From: Bacteroidota bacterium | GTDB lineage: Bacteria > Bacteroidota > Bacteroidia > AKYH767-A > OLB10 | DNA: 64,000 bases | Assembly (NCBI GenBank): GCA_016699635.1 | Contig: CP064983.1 | Coordinates: 3,176,078 to 3,240,077, forward strand | Reading direction: 5' to 3' | In this document: piece by piece, positions 1 to 9,808 of the stretch | Position numbering within the stretch: the stretch's first letter is position 1 | Layout: every line of letters starts with the position of its first letter | Program-made: the position numbers and the translations under genes | The notes under the pieces: model-generated | Databases searched by the model: none | The model's input: only the letters and a program-made list of their open reading frames with translations | What the model was told of the DNA's origin: nothing

Positions 1-244
1 CAAAGATTATTTCAAAGTCATGTTCCTGTATTTTCTCAAGCAAATCAAAACCATTACTGTCTGGCATTTCAACATCTAAAAAAATCAAATCAGGTTTGTG
101 AAAATAAATCTGCTTTAGTGCTTCTGCTGCATTAGCTACTTCAGCAACTAATGTAATTTGAGGGAAGTATTTTGTTATCAATAATTTTATCTGCTCTCTA
201 CCGAACATTTCATCATCAACCACAATTGCCTTTATATTTTTCAC
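1..244 (-). CDS. Response regulator receiver domain (probably LytTR-type), 5' part only; the gene continues past the window start
   Basis: Reverse-strand translation from GTG at 244 gives VKNIKAIVVDDEMFGREQIKLLITKYFPQITLVAEVANAAEALKQIYFHKPDLIFLDVEMPDSNGFDLLEKIQEHDFEIIF. This is a typical REC domain with the phospho-acceptor Asp in LIFLDVEMP. It is absent from the ORF track because there is no stop inside the window. Confidence 0.6.
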   Translation of the reverse strand, partial: MKNIKAIVVDDEMFGREQIKLLITKYFPQITLVAEVANAAEALKQIYFHKPDLIFLDVEMPDSNGFDLLEKIQEHDFEIIF

Positions 245-362
245 CTCACTAATGTAATTATTGTACAAATATATTTTTAGCCGGCAGAATTATTTACTTT
301 CCATAGCTTTAAAGAATCAACCATTGTCATACATTGCCTTCTTATAAGTAATACAACAGGCA

Positions 363-3164
363 TTAACTTGTTTTCTTTATAGTTTCTCTCTGCTTTTCGA
401 GTTCTGAAATTTTTTGCACACAGTCATTCAAACCAACAGAAGCAATGAGAGGTTTAATGCTGTGTAATAAGACAATTACATGTTTCTCTTCATCTCCTTT
501 TAAAGAAATTTCAATCTCATTAAAAACCTCAGGGATTCTTTGGAGATACATATCAACATAACGCAACATCTCCTGAATATCGCCATCAGTAAAGTCTCTC
601 AGATATGCTAAATCAACTGAAGATGCAATTGGCGCAACCTTAATTCTGCTGTCAATTTTCTGTTCATCAACATCACCTTTAAACCGGTTTATTACATCCG
701 TCAGTTCAGAAATTTTAAAAGGTTTTGAAAGATAGTCGTTCATACCTGCGGCAATACATTTCTCTGCTTCATGTTGCGATACATTTGCAGTGAGTGCAAC
801 TATCGGAATTTCTCCAACTGATTCTTTAAGCTCATTCCGAATAATCTGAGTAATTTCATACCCATCCATTTCAGGCATTGAAATGTCCATTAAAATCAGG
901 TTGAACTTTTGGTTTTTCAGTATTTCTATTGCATCCCTTCCATTTCCAACAATTTGCAATTTTATATCACGCATTTTCTTTGAAAGTGCATCTTTAACTA
1001 GTATCTGATTAAACTCATTATCTTCAATCAGCAAAACAGAAAACGCATCTTTATCAATTATCAACTGAATGGGAACTTGCTCAGATTTATTCGTCTCTGC
1101 TAAAGCATCTGCAACTTCTACTTCTATTGTAAAGGAGAATATTGTGCCCTGATTTTCTACACTACTAACCTCTATATTCCCACCCATTAACTGAACAAGA
1201 CTTTGCGAAATCGTCAAACCAAGACCTATACCACCATATTTTCTAGAATTTCCTGCATATGTTTGCTGAAAAGATTCAAATATTTTTTCTTGCTGACCAG
1301 CAGGTATTCCAATACCACTATCCGATACTTCAAAAAGAAGATCACAATAATTTAGTCCATGCTTTTGTGATGTTCTTAATTGCTTAATTGAAACAATAAC
1401 AAATCCACGTTCAGTAAATTTAATTGCATTCCCAACTAAATTTATAAGTACTTGTGTGATACGAAACGGATCTGCTATGATTAATTCAGGTACATTTTCT
1501 CCTACAGAAAATTTCAAATCGAGTTCTTTACTCGCAGCTTTATGAGAAAAAGTCTGATAAACATGATTAATAGTTTCTCTGAATCTGAATGGAGTTTTTT
1601 CAATCTCCATTTTACCGGCTTCTATTTTTGATAAATCAAGAATATCATTAATAATAACCAACAAGCTTTCTGACGATTGTTTAATGACTTGTAAATACTT
1701 ACTACTTTGCTCATCTTGCTTAGTTTCCTGCAACAATTCAGTCATTCCGAAAATGGCATTTAATGGCGTTCTGATTTCATGACTCATATTAGCCAGAAAT
1801 TGTTGCTTAAATTTTTCACTGCGTTCAGCACGCTCTTTCTCCTGTGCAATGATGATGTTTTTCTGCTCTAGCTGCTGTGCTGCCCTTTTCTTTAATGAAA
1901 AACGGTTATACAGATTTAACAAGATGAGAAATAGCATCACTGCTCCTACAATAAAAATATTCTTTAGTTGTCGTTGCCATTCGGCATTCGATTTCTCAAT
2001 AGCCTTATCTCTATTGAGTATTTCAATCATTTTATCTTTCTGCTCAGTTTCGAATTTTGTTTTTATCTCATCAAGTCGGGCTTGCTGCTTTGTTTCATTG
2101 ATAGTGTCTTTAATTTCCGCTGCTTGCTTAAAAGTCAGATATGCATTCTGATAATCATGTTTCATTGCATACAACTCACTTAACGAATTTAGTGTCTGTA
2201 ATTGTAAAGTTTGAAATCTATTGCTATCTGCTATCTGCAAAGCCATTTTCATATAAATGATTGCAGAATTTATTTTACCATATTTCCTGTAAGCATCTCC
2301 TATCAAGGTAAGTTCATAACATAAATCATTCTGGCTGCCTGACTTTTCAAAATTCTCTCTGGCGAACTCAAATTGCTTCAATGCCATATCAAAATTTCCT
2401 TGTTTGAGATCAATACTTCCAATACTCTCTGCTGCATAGGCCGTTCCACTTATGTTAGATAACTTTTGATACATAGCAGAAGATTGATTCAGGTAATGAA
2501 ATGCACTATCATACATTTCTAAACCAAGATATGCATTACCAATTCCATTTATGCAATCAGCCAGTTTATTACTATCATTTATCTGCTCATTTAGTGCTGC
2601 AGCTTCTCTAAAATAAGGAATGGCCTTATTATATTCTCCTTGGCTGTTATACACAATGCCTATAGAATATAATCCTGCCGGCTTTCGAATAGCATCAGTA
2701 CATGCATTGGATAAATCAACACTCTTCAGATAATACTCTAAGGCATCAGCATATAAACTCTGATTAAAGTATGTGCTGCCGATATTGGATAATACTACTG
2801 CCACATTACATTTATCATTGGTCTGTTCAAAATATTGAAGAGCTAATGTAAGATGCTTCTTTGCTTTAGTATAATCTCCCTTACGAGAATAACACCAACC
2901 TAAGCTATTATAACTATCACCAATGCCCTTTAAAAACTTGATTCTTTGTGCAATCTCAAGTCCCTTTTTACCATAGTATATTCCACTGTCCGTATTTGCA
3001 ATACTGTAATTAAAACATAAATCACGATCGGCTTCCACTCTTTCAGAATCAGTAGTAGCCGTTTGAAGATTATTTAAAAAAACAGGAATTCTAGATGCAT
3101 CCTGCGCATAAACAGAAATTAACGGATAAAAAGTCAGTAAAATAAAAATAACAAAACGCATCAT
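363..3164 (-). CDS. Hybrid sensor histidine kinase / response regulator. Architecture: signal peptide, periplasmic TPR repeats, TM, coiled coil, HisKA, HATPase_c, REC, C-terminal HPt
   Basis: The 933-aa ORF carries the H-box MSHEIRTPLNAI, the G-boxes DSGIGIP and GGIGLGLTIS, and a receiver with LILMDISMPEMDG. The C-terminal HPt motif is HSIKPLIASVG. The N-terminal half is built from TPR-like repeats. Confidence 0.85.
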   Translation of the reverse strand: MMRFVIFILLTFYPLISVYAQDASRIPVFLNNLQTATTDSERVEADRDLCFNYSIANTDSGIYYGKKGLEIAQRIKFLKGIGDSYNSLGWCYSRKGDYTKAKKHLTLALQYFEQTNDKCNVAVVLSNIGSTYFNQSLYADALEYYLKSVDLSNACTDAIRKPAGLYSIGIVYNSQGEYNKAIPYFREAAALNEQINDSNKLADCINGIGNAYLGLEMYDSAFHYLNQSSAMYQKLSNISGTAYAAESIGSIDLKQGNFDMALKQFEFARENFEKSGSQNDLCYELTLIGDAYRKYGKINSAIIYMKMALQIADSNRFQTLQLQTLNSLSELYAMKHDYQNAYLTFKQAAEIKDTINETKQQARLDEIKTKFETEQKDKMIEILNRDKAIEKSNAEWQRQLKNIFIVGAVMLFLILLNLYNRFSLKKRAAQQLEQKNIIIAQEKERAERSEKFKQQFLANMSHEIRTPLNAIFGMTELLQETKQDEQSSKYLQVIKQSSESLLVIINDILDLSKIEAGKMEIEKTPFRFRETINHVYQTFSHKAASKELDLKFSVGENVPELIIADPFRITQVLINLVGNAIKFTERGFVIVSIKQLRTSQKHGLNYCDLLFEVSDSGIGIPAGQQEKIFESFQQTYAGNSRKYGGIGLGLTISQSLVQLMGGNIEVSSVENQGTIFSFTIEVEVADALAETNKSEQVPIQLIIDKDAFSVLLIEDNEFNQILVKDALSKKMRDIKLQIVGNGRDAIEILKNQKFNLILMDISMPEMDGYEITQIIRNELKESVGEIPIVALTANVSQHEAEKCIAAGMNDYLSKPFKISELTDVINRFKGDVDEQKIDSRIKVAPIASSVDLAYLRDFTDGDIQEMLRYVDMYLQRIPEVFNEIEISLKGDEEKHVIVLLHSIKPLIASVGLNDCVQKISELEKQRETIKKTS

Positions 3165-3340
3165 CTATAATTAGTTGCCAAATGAGTTACCAAAGTAAGA
3201 AAACTTTTAATAGAATACTTACCGTTTAATAATTAAACACAACCATTCAATAAGTTAATGCAATATGTATATCATATAGCAACTAATATTGGATTATAAA
3301 TTCTTTCAAAAAATATGTTTAACTATTAAAAACAAAAAAT

Positions 3341-4980
3341 ATGAAACTCCTTTACACCTTAGCACTTTCACTTTTTACCGCACATTTAACATTTGCTCAA
3401 TTCAGTAGCGATCCCTCACAACCAATGCCGGTCTGCAATGCTGCACATGGACAATCTAACGTGATTAGTCTTCCTGATGGTAATGATGGAAATTATCTTT
3501 TCTGGCTCGACAACAGAGGATCTGTTAATACAACAATTTATGCGCTCTATGGTCAGCATTTAGATTCCGGTGGAAATCCTTTATGGGCAAACAATGGTAA
3601 AGTGATTCTTGATAAAGATACTGTTTCAATAAAATCATTCAATTGTGTATTGTTTGATGGTGGTATTTTAGTTACTTGGGTACAAGGTCAGAATTCATAT
3701 AATGATTCAATGTTTGTAAAGAAAATCAACCCTTCAGGCAATGATGTTTGGGCACAGCCAACTTTAATTGAATCGACAAATTTTTCGGCTTCAATTTTAG
3801 GAATTGAAACTTATGGGATAAAGGCAATCCCCAATGACTCCGTGCATTTATTAACTATAGTGTAGTTTATATAGGTGGATCAAGCGGAATTAAATTTAAT
3901 CGGATTAATTTCAACGGAGTAAAACAATGGGCTGCCTCAAAAACAAATTCCTTGCCCGGCTATACTTTCTTTACTTATCCGGGAATACAAAACACTTTCT
4001 ATTCATTATCCAGAGGAAATGGAATGGGATCAGGAATTTATATTCAAAAATATAATATGCAAAGTGTACCACAATGGGCAAATCCGGTAGATATTTCTCA
4101 AGGTGTTTCAGGAAATGGACTTGCAGGGAATTGCAAATTCCTGACAGATAACTCAGGAAATTCTTATGTAGTTTGGGATAGTTATTCATCTGCCGATATC
4201 CTTCTGACTAAGATTGATGCTGCCGGTAATTTTGCATGGACTCCATCATATAAATCAGTTGTTAACTTGGCAAATACTTTACAAGGCAGATCAGATGCTG
4301 TTTTAAATAACAACAACTTGTTTATCACTTGGAGCGATAACAGAATTACTGGTCAGGCTACAGCTTTTACACAAAAGTATAATGCAAGCGGTGCTGCACA
4401 GTGGATAGCCAATGGAGTACAATTAGGGGTAATCAACTCCAATTATTGTTATCCAAAAATAGCATATAGTGACAGTGGCTCTGTAGCCATAGCATATATT
4501 ATGGGAGCACCTTGGGAATTATATGTACAACGTGTTCGAAGCAATGGTACTTTAACTTGGAGCGGCAGTGGTAAAATACTTGCAAGTGACCATAGTTTCA
4601 TCAACTATGCAGACTATACCATCACTTCTGATTCAAATGGATGTAATGCTGTTTTTTGGCATGAATCAAGTACAGGAGATTTATATGGTGCAAAAGTTTG
4701 CAGTGATGGTACGCTTGTAACTGTTGCAGAACTATTAAATAAAGAAGTTAAAATATTTCCGAATCCGACAGCAGATCAAATTAATATTGAGTTGGGCTCA
4801 TCGAACCTGATTAATGAAATTGAAATTCTTGATATGCAGGGGAGAATATTAAAAACTGTGATTATTGAAAACGGACAGCAGTACCAAACGCTTAATGTAA
4901 ATGAATTTTCAAAAGGTGTTTATCTGATAAAGATAAAAGCAGGTAATGAAAGTATCATCAAAAAAGTTATTATTAAATAG
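3341..4980 (+). pseudogene. Secreted beta-propeller-like repeat protein with a T9SS C-terminal sorting domain. It is split into ORFs 3341..3865 and ~3856..4980 by a frameshift near 3845
   Basis: ORF1 has a signal peptide (MKLLYTLALSLFTAHLTFAQ). The ORF2 frame stays open upstream to ~3856 and ends with a Por/T9SS CTD (KIFPNPTADQINIE...GVYLIKIKAGNE). The junction sits in gcatttatta. Confidence 0.55.
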
Positions 4981-4997
4981 CCTTTAACCAAAACAGC

Positions 4998-5024
4998 AAA
5001 ACTCCGGCATAAAGCCGGAGTTTT
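4998..5024 (+). terminator. Rho-independent terminator hairpin
   Basis: aaaactccggc-ataaa-gccggagtttt, immediately 3' of the T9SS cargo gene. Confidence 0.6.
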
Positions 5025-5040
5025 AAATATAATAACGTCC

Positions 5041-5175
5041 ATGTCAAAACAACCTCCAAAAATTAATCATGAAATAATTCGTGAAAGGGCATTAGATCGA
5101 ATTTTATTTATTCTTGAAATTGCTTTGGTTATTACCTTAATAGCCTTATGTGGTGTAATTATTACTTCACTTTGA
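5041..5175 (+). CDS. Candidate 44-aa small membrane protein upstream of the oxidase operon
   Basis: ATG at 5041 gives MSKQPPKINHEIIRERALDRILFILEIALVITLIALCGVIITSL*, a single hydrophobic helix. It is below the ORF-track length cutoff. Confidence 0.2.
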   Translation: MSKQPPKINHEIIRERALDRILFILEIALVITLIALCGVIITSL

Positions 5176-5641
5176 GAAATTAATGTATAAGTTAAATTCT
5201 ACAAGAAATCATTACGAGATTTTAAGAGAAACTTATGTTAAATTACGATTTAAGGTTTAAGCTACATGTGCCAAACATAAATGTTATAAAAGTATTTATA
5301 TACTTCTTTTGGATTCCTAAGAAATAGTTTATACGTTTGCACTACCTAATGTAGTTTAACGGATACATGGTAGCATGTTTTATATTTTATGCACCTGTAA
5401 CCCATAAAAAGGTTATATTACATCAACGGGAAATTGTTTTTGGAGGCAACCAAAATTCCGCTGGCTTGATGGCAATGCTTTGCCCCATTTTAAGAGGTAA
5501 AAAATGTCATAGATTCTTCAAAAATCTACAACTTTTCTCTACTCAATTTATTCATTCAGGAATTCGGATTAACAAACCTATACAAGTTAATCTTAATCAT
5601 CATATACATCACATTCACTTTAATTATTTAAACTAAAAGTT

Positions 5642-6193
5642 ATGCAACAACATTCCATTATGTTATTTTTTATGCTGCTTGTTGGTATTGGCACTATATT
5701 TTTTGTGTCAATCTTTATGTCTTCACTCAAAGCTGACAATGATTCAACAGGTGTAAAGAACCTGTTAAAAAAACGTTTTTGGTTTACCTTAATTCTCATT
5801 GTTGTACTTGGCATTTTTGCTGCAGCAACTTTACCAAAATCCCCATACTTCACTTATGCGAATGAAACACCTTCAACTGTGATTCATGTTGGCACAATGC
5901 AATTTTCATTTTTTCTTTCCACTAAACCCATTGACCCTAAAAGTCCAAGTGGAGAAACAATTGAAATCCCGCACGACCAACTCGTAGAATTCAGAGTAAC
6001 AAGTTTTGATGTCAATCATGGATTTGCTGTTTACGATCCTTCAATGCGATTGATTACTCAGGTACAGGCAATGCCCGGCTATGTCAACAACCTACGCTAT
6101 AAATTTACTGAACCTGGCGAGTATCACATTTTTTGCCTTGAGTTTTGTGGCACAGGGCATCCCGTTATGCAAACAACATTTAAAGTTATTTAA
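5642..6193 (+). CDS. Heme-copper oxidase subunit II with a CuA centre (cupredoxin)
   Basis: The CuA ligand pattern is H...C-x-E-x-C-x3-H-x2-M, seen in HIFCLEFCGTGHPVM. There is one N-terminal TM helix. Confidence 0.8.
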   Translation: MQQHSIMLFFMLLVGIGTIFFVSIFMSSLKADNDSTGVKNLLKKRFWFTLILIVVLGIFAAATLPKSPYFTYANETPSTVIHVGTMQFSFFLSTKPIDPKSPSGETIEIPHDQLVEFRVTSFDVNHGFAVYDPSMRLITQVQAMPGYVNNLRYKFTEPGEYHIFCLEFCGTGHPVMQTTFKVI

Positions 6194-6208
6194 TAAAAAA
6201 ATTAAATC

Positions 6209-7660
6209 ATGAATATAGATTCACTTAAGCTTAAAAAAATAAGCGCACTTTGGATAATTGTCATTCTTGTACTTTTTATTGCAAGTATTGTACTTGGAAT
6301 TCTTATGAGGCTCAATCAGGGAAAAGTTATTGAACAATCGCCACTTACTTTCTATACAAACATGACAACACATGGTTTAACCATGATTGGGATTTGGTTT
6401 GCTGCAGGAATGGTTGCCGTAAACTATCTTTTACAACGGTATGTGAAGACAAGTTATGGTGTTAACTTGTTTGCCTTTATTCTTACTGTTATTGGTGTTG
6501 TAATGCTTTGGGTAACTACCTATGCAGGTAAGTTTAGCACAGGCTGGACTTTTCTCTATCCATTACCATTCAGAGATCTCGGTTCGGAGAGTTGGTCAAC
6601 ACCGTTGTTTCTTATTTCGTTAACAATATTAGGTGTAGGATGGCTGGTGTGGAGTGTTAGTCTGATGGCTCAGATTTTTAAAAAATATACATTGGCCCAA
6701 GCCTTTGCATGGCAACATTTCAAAAGTAATCCAACTGTAGAGACACCACCTTTTATATTGATAACAACAGTGACATTAGTTGGTGTCATTGCCTCGTTAA
6801 TTGCAGCAGTAATTGTTATTGTATTGTATTTCGCAGAATATTTCTCTCATGGAGATTTTGTCAATGATGCTTTGCTGATGAAAAACCTGATCTATTTCTT
6901 TGGTCATACCATTGCAAACGAAATGCTTTATTTAGGCTTGGCTGTTATCTATGAAATTTTTGGAGAAGTAAGCGACAGGCCAAAATGGAAAATGACCTGG
7001 TATATTTCATTGGCATGGAATTGTGCAATGGTATTTATTTTAACTGCATTTTTTCATCACCTATACATGGACTTTGTGCAACCACAGGCTTTGCAAATTG
7101 TTGGACAATTGGTATCATATCTTGCAAGTATTCCATCTGCTGCTGTGACGGTTTTCAGTATTGTAGCAGCAGTTTATGGAGTTAAGGTAAGATGGTCTAT
7201 TGTAAACCTATTGTTCTTTCTTGGTGTTGCCGGATGGGTAATTGGTGGCTTAGGGGCTGTCATTGATGCAACTATTTCAAATAATATTATGCTGCATAAT
7301 ACGCTTTGGGTTCCTGCACACTTTCATACCTACAATGCCATGGGAAACGTTTTGTTTAGCATCGGTTTCTTTTACTGGTTCTCTACGCAATATGTTGACA
7401 AATTAGTTTTAAGTAAGCTTACAAAATACACTTTAACACTTCTAATTGTCGGTGGCATTGGCTTCTTAATGGCATTCTATGTGGCCGGTGCAAATTCAAT
7501 TCCAAGAAGATATAGTACATATCCTGTTGAACTCACATCAGGGCCTTATCTTGCTAAGGTAGGTGCTTTGTTTGCAACAATATATCTTATCGCTATTTTG
7601 ATATTCTTTTATAATATTGCTAAACGATGTTTCGTTATTTTGTCTGCTTCTTCGCGCTAA
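6209..7660 (+). CDS. Heme-copper oxidase subunit I (divergent; oxidase / NO-reductase superfamily)
   Basis: It has 12+ TM helices. All six canonical His are present: THGL in helix II, FFGHT in helix VI, FFHHLY in helix VII and PAHFHT in helix X. The HPEVY tyrosine is absent; the sequence reads GHTIANEMLY. Confidence 0.75.
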   Translation: MNIDSLKLKKISALWIIVILVLFIASIVLGILMRLNQGKVIEQSPLTFYTNMTTHGLTMIGIWFAAGMVAVNYLLQRYVKTSYGVNLFAFILTVIGVVMLWVTTYAGKFSTGWTFLYPLPFRDLGSESWSTPLFLISLTILGVGWLVWSVSLMAQIFKKYTLAQAFAWQHFKSNPTVETPPFILITTVTLVGVIASLIAAVIVIVLYFAEYFSHGDFVNDALLMKNLIYFFGHTIANEMLYLGLAVIYEIFGEVSDRPKWKMTWYISLAWNCAMVFILTAFFHHLYMDFVQPQALQIVGQLVSYLASIPSAAVTVFSIVAAVYGVKVRWSIVNLLFFLGVAGWVIGGLGAVIDATISNNIMLHNTLWVPAHFHTYNAMGNVLFSIGFFYWFSTQYVDKLVLSKLTKYTLTLLIVGGIGFLMAFYVAGANSIPRRYSTYPVELTSGPYLAKVGALFATIYLIAILIFFYNIAKRCFVILSASSR

Positions 7661-8379
7661 CATGTTTTAGCTTTTTAGGTTATGCTAATGATAATCACTC
7701 TGACTTCAGGGAAGAGCAGAATCTTTACGGAAAAATTTATAACGCACCACTCGGAATTGTTGGTAATAATAAAGTATCTTCTGTTGAAGAATTATATAAT
7801 CAGAAACCATTAATCATAGCTTTAGTTTTTACAAGATGTTATGGCATCTGCAATCCATTCTTACTTCAATTGAGCGAAAATATAAAGCATCTACAAAGCA
7901 ATTCAGATTTTAATATTTTAGTTATAAGTTTTGATCCAAGAGATAACCTTCAGGATATGACTAATCTTTCAAAGCAATATGGCCTTGAGAATAATCTTCA
8001 ATGGAACTTTGCAATAACCGATAGTATTGATGCATTTATTAATTCCATAGGATTTATTCCGAAATGGGATAGCGTTATCAAACAGTTTGACCACGATGCT
8101 TTGCTGGTTGGTGTAAATGAGAAAGGGCTTATAACTAAAAATCTTTTGGGAATCAGAATTGTGGAAGACGTACATAAAATGATAAGCAGCATTAATAATG
8201 TATTTACTCCCTCCTACCGTTTACCAACAAAAAGTAATATATTTTCATGCTTTAACTACGATCCGAAAACACAAACAAACAGACCTGGCTTAGGACTTTT
8301 ATTTGTAGCCTTGCCTGCAATCATAACTTTTCTTATTGTTACAATAATTGTTATTAAATCAAAGAGAACAGTTTCTTAG
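7627..8379 (+). CDS. SCO1/SenC-family copper chaperone (thioredoxin fold) with a C-terminal TM anchor
   Basis: The CxxxC motif appears as TRCYGICNP, and a conserved His lies downstream (QFDHDALL). It overlaps the subunit I 3' end, so the three genes form one operon. Confidence 0.65.
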   Translation: MFRYFVCFFALTCFSFLGYANDNHSDFREEQNLYGKIYNAPLGIVGNNKVSSVEELYNQKPLIIALVFTRCYGICNPFLLQLSENIKHLQSNSDFNILVISFDPRDNLQDMTNLSKQYGLENNLQWNFAITDSIDAFINSIGFIPKWDSVIKQFDHDALLVGVNEKGLITKNLLGIRIVEDVHKMISSINNVFTPSYRLPTKSNIFSCFNYDPKTQTNRPGLGLLFVALPAIITFLIVTIIVIKSKRTVS

Positions 8380-8484
8380 AATTTTAAACACACTTTTTGT
8401 CACTTAAAATAAATTATCGGAACTATAAAACCATAATCAATGCAATTTTGTTTTCTGATATGAAGTTTAAAAATTAAAACAGTT

Positions 8485-8838
8485 ATGTCATCAGTAAAAA
8501 TAAAACGGATTTATGAAGCACCGGACAAAAGTGATGGTTATAGAATGTTGATTGACAGGCTATGGCCAAGAGGTGTTAAAAAAGAAAATGCTGCCATTGA
8601 TGAATGGAATAAAGATATTGCATCATCTTCAGAGCTAAGAGAATGGTTTGGTCACGACCCTGAAAAATTCAAAGAATTTACAGCTCGTTATACAAAAGAA
8701 CTTCACAACAAGAATGATGAATTAAAGCAAATAGCCGGAATTGCAAAAAAGCAAAACTTGACGTTACTTTATGGCGCAAAAGATACAGAGCACAACCAAG
8801 CTGTAGTTTTACAAAAAGTATTGAGTAAAATGATATGA
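8485..8838 (+). CDS. DUF488 family protein
   Basis: The DUF488 signature reads LIDRLWPRGVKKE...ELREWFGHDPEKFKEF. Confidence 0.7.
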   Translation: MSSVKIKRIYEAPDKSDGYRMLIDRLWPRGVKKENAAIDEWNKDIASSSELREWFGHDPEKFKEFTARYTKELHNKNDELKQIAGIAKKQNLTLLYGAKDTEHNQAVVLQKVLSKMI

Positions 8839-9302
8839 GCACCAAACCAATTAAGCGACATGAGGCAATACAGTCCATAAGCAGAGAACATTATCAAGGA
8901 TTACTTTTTGGTTCTAAAATCAGGATGGGGCTTAAAAAACAAATAGAGCCTGACCGAATGGCAAAGTACGCTGTTTGGTTTTATAAAGAACATCTCATTC
9001 CTCACTTTGAAATAGAAGAGAAATATTTATTTCCGGTTATGAGCCCTGAAAATGAAATGATTCAAAGAGTACTTAAAGAACATCGCATGCTTGCTGATTT
9101 ATGTAAATCAGAATTGGAATTGGCTACAAACAGCAAACTTGAATTACTCGAAAAAACATTGGAAGCCCACATTCGCTTTGAAGAGAGAGTACTCTTTAAA
9201 GAAATTGGATCTATTGCTACATCTGAACAGCTCGAACTGATAAACAAACATCATAAAGAGGAAAAGTTTGTTGACAATTTATCTGACCCATTCTGGAAGT
9301 AA
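8835..9302 (+). CDS. Hemerythrin-like (HHE cation-binding) domain protein
   Basis: H/HxxxE pairs are spaced as in hemerythrin-like domains (EHYQG...HFEIEE...EHRML...HIRFEE). The start overlaps the DUF488 stop as ATGA. Confidence 0.55.
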   Translation: MSTKPIKRHEAIQSISREHYQGLLFGSKIRMGLKKQIEPDRMAKYAVWFYKEHLIPHFEIEEKYLFPVMSPENEMIQRVLKEHRMLADLCKSELELATNSKLELLEKTLEAHIRFEERVLFKEIGSIATSEQLELINKHHKEEKFVDNLSDPFWK

Positions 9303-9320
9303 CACCTACTCATAATTTCA

Positions 9321-9761
9321 ATGAACAACATGTTGCACTCAAACATACAAACAGAAAATATTTTAGTTGCCAGAAATACACGCCCGACAAGCATGCGTAT
9401 TTTAGTTTACAATTTCCTTGCAAAACAACAAGCTGCATTATCTATCACTGAGATTGAGAAACATTTTCAGCATGCTGACAGAATTACAATCTATCGTACT
9501 TTAAAAACATTTGAGGAGAAAGGCATTATACATAGCATTCAGGAAGATAATATAACCAAATATACTTTATGTGGATCTGCTTGTTCAGAACATACCCACT
9601 ACGATCAACATCTTCACTTTTATTGTAAGTCTTGCAAACAAACTACCTGCAAAACCGATATTGCCATTCCGCTAAACAACATTACCGGATTTAAAATTGA
9701 CGATATAACATTTTTTGCAAGAGGTATTTGCGAAAAATGCATTAACCCGACTTTGCAATAG
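9321..9761 (+). CDS. Fur-family metalloregulator, likely Zur given the neighbouring gene
   Basis: There is a winged-helix N-terminus plus C-x2-C...C-x2-C (CGSACSEHTH...CKSCKQTTC). Confidence 0.75.
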   Translation: MNNMLHSNIQTENILVARNTRPTSMRILVYNFLAKQQAALSITEIEKHFQHADRITIYRTLKTFEEKGIIHSIQEDNITKYTLCGSACSEHTHYDQHLHFYCKSCKQTTCKTDIAIPLNNITGFKIDDITFFARGICEKCINPTLQ

Positions 9762-9808
9762 GATTGCATTGACATCTGCCATAATTTTGTATTCAGAAAA
9801 TATATGGC

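Noticed and set aside
1849-2183. ORFs 1849..2151 and 1968..2183 on the plus strand
   Set aside because: They lie antisense inside the well-supported hybrid kinase gene, are low-complexity and Cys/Phe-rich, and have no start context. They are spurious.
5367-5853. ORFs 5367..5636 (+) and 5620..5853 (-) in the oxidase promoter region
   Set aside because: They are AT-rich and His/Asn-rich low-complexity translations. One overlaps the subunit II start on the opposite strand. There are no recognisable motifs.
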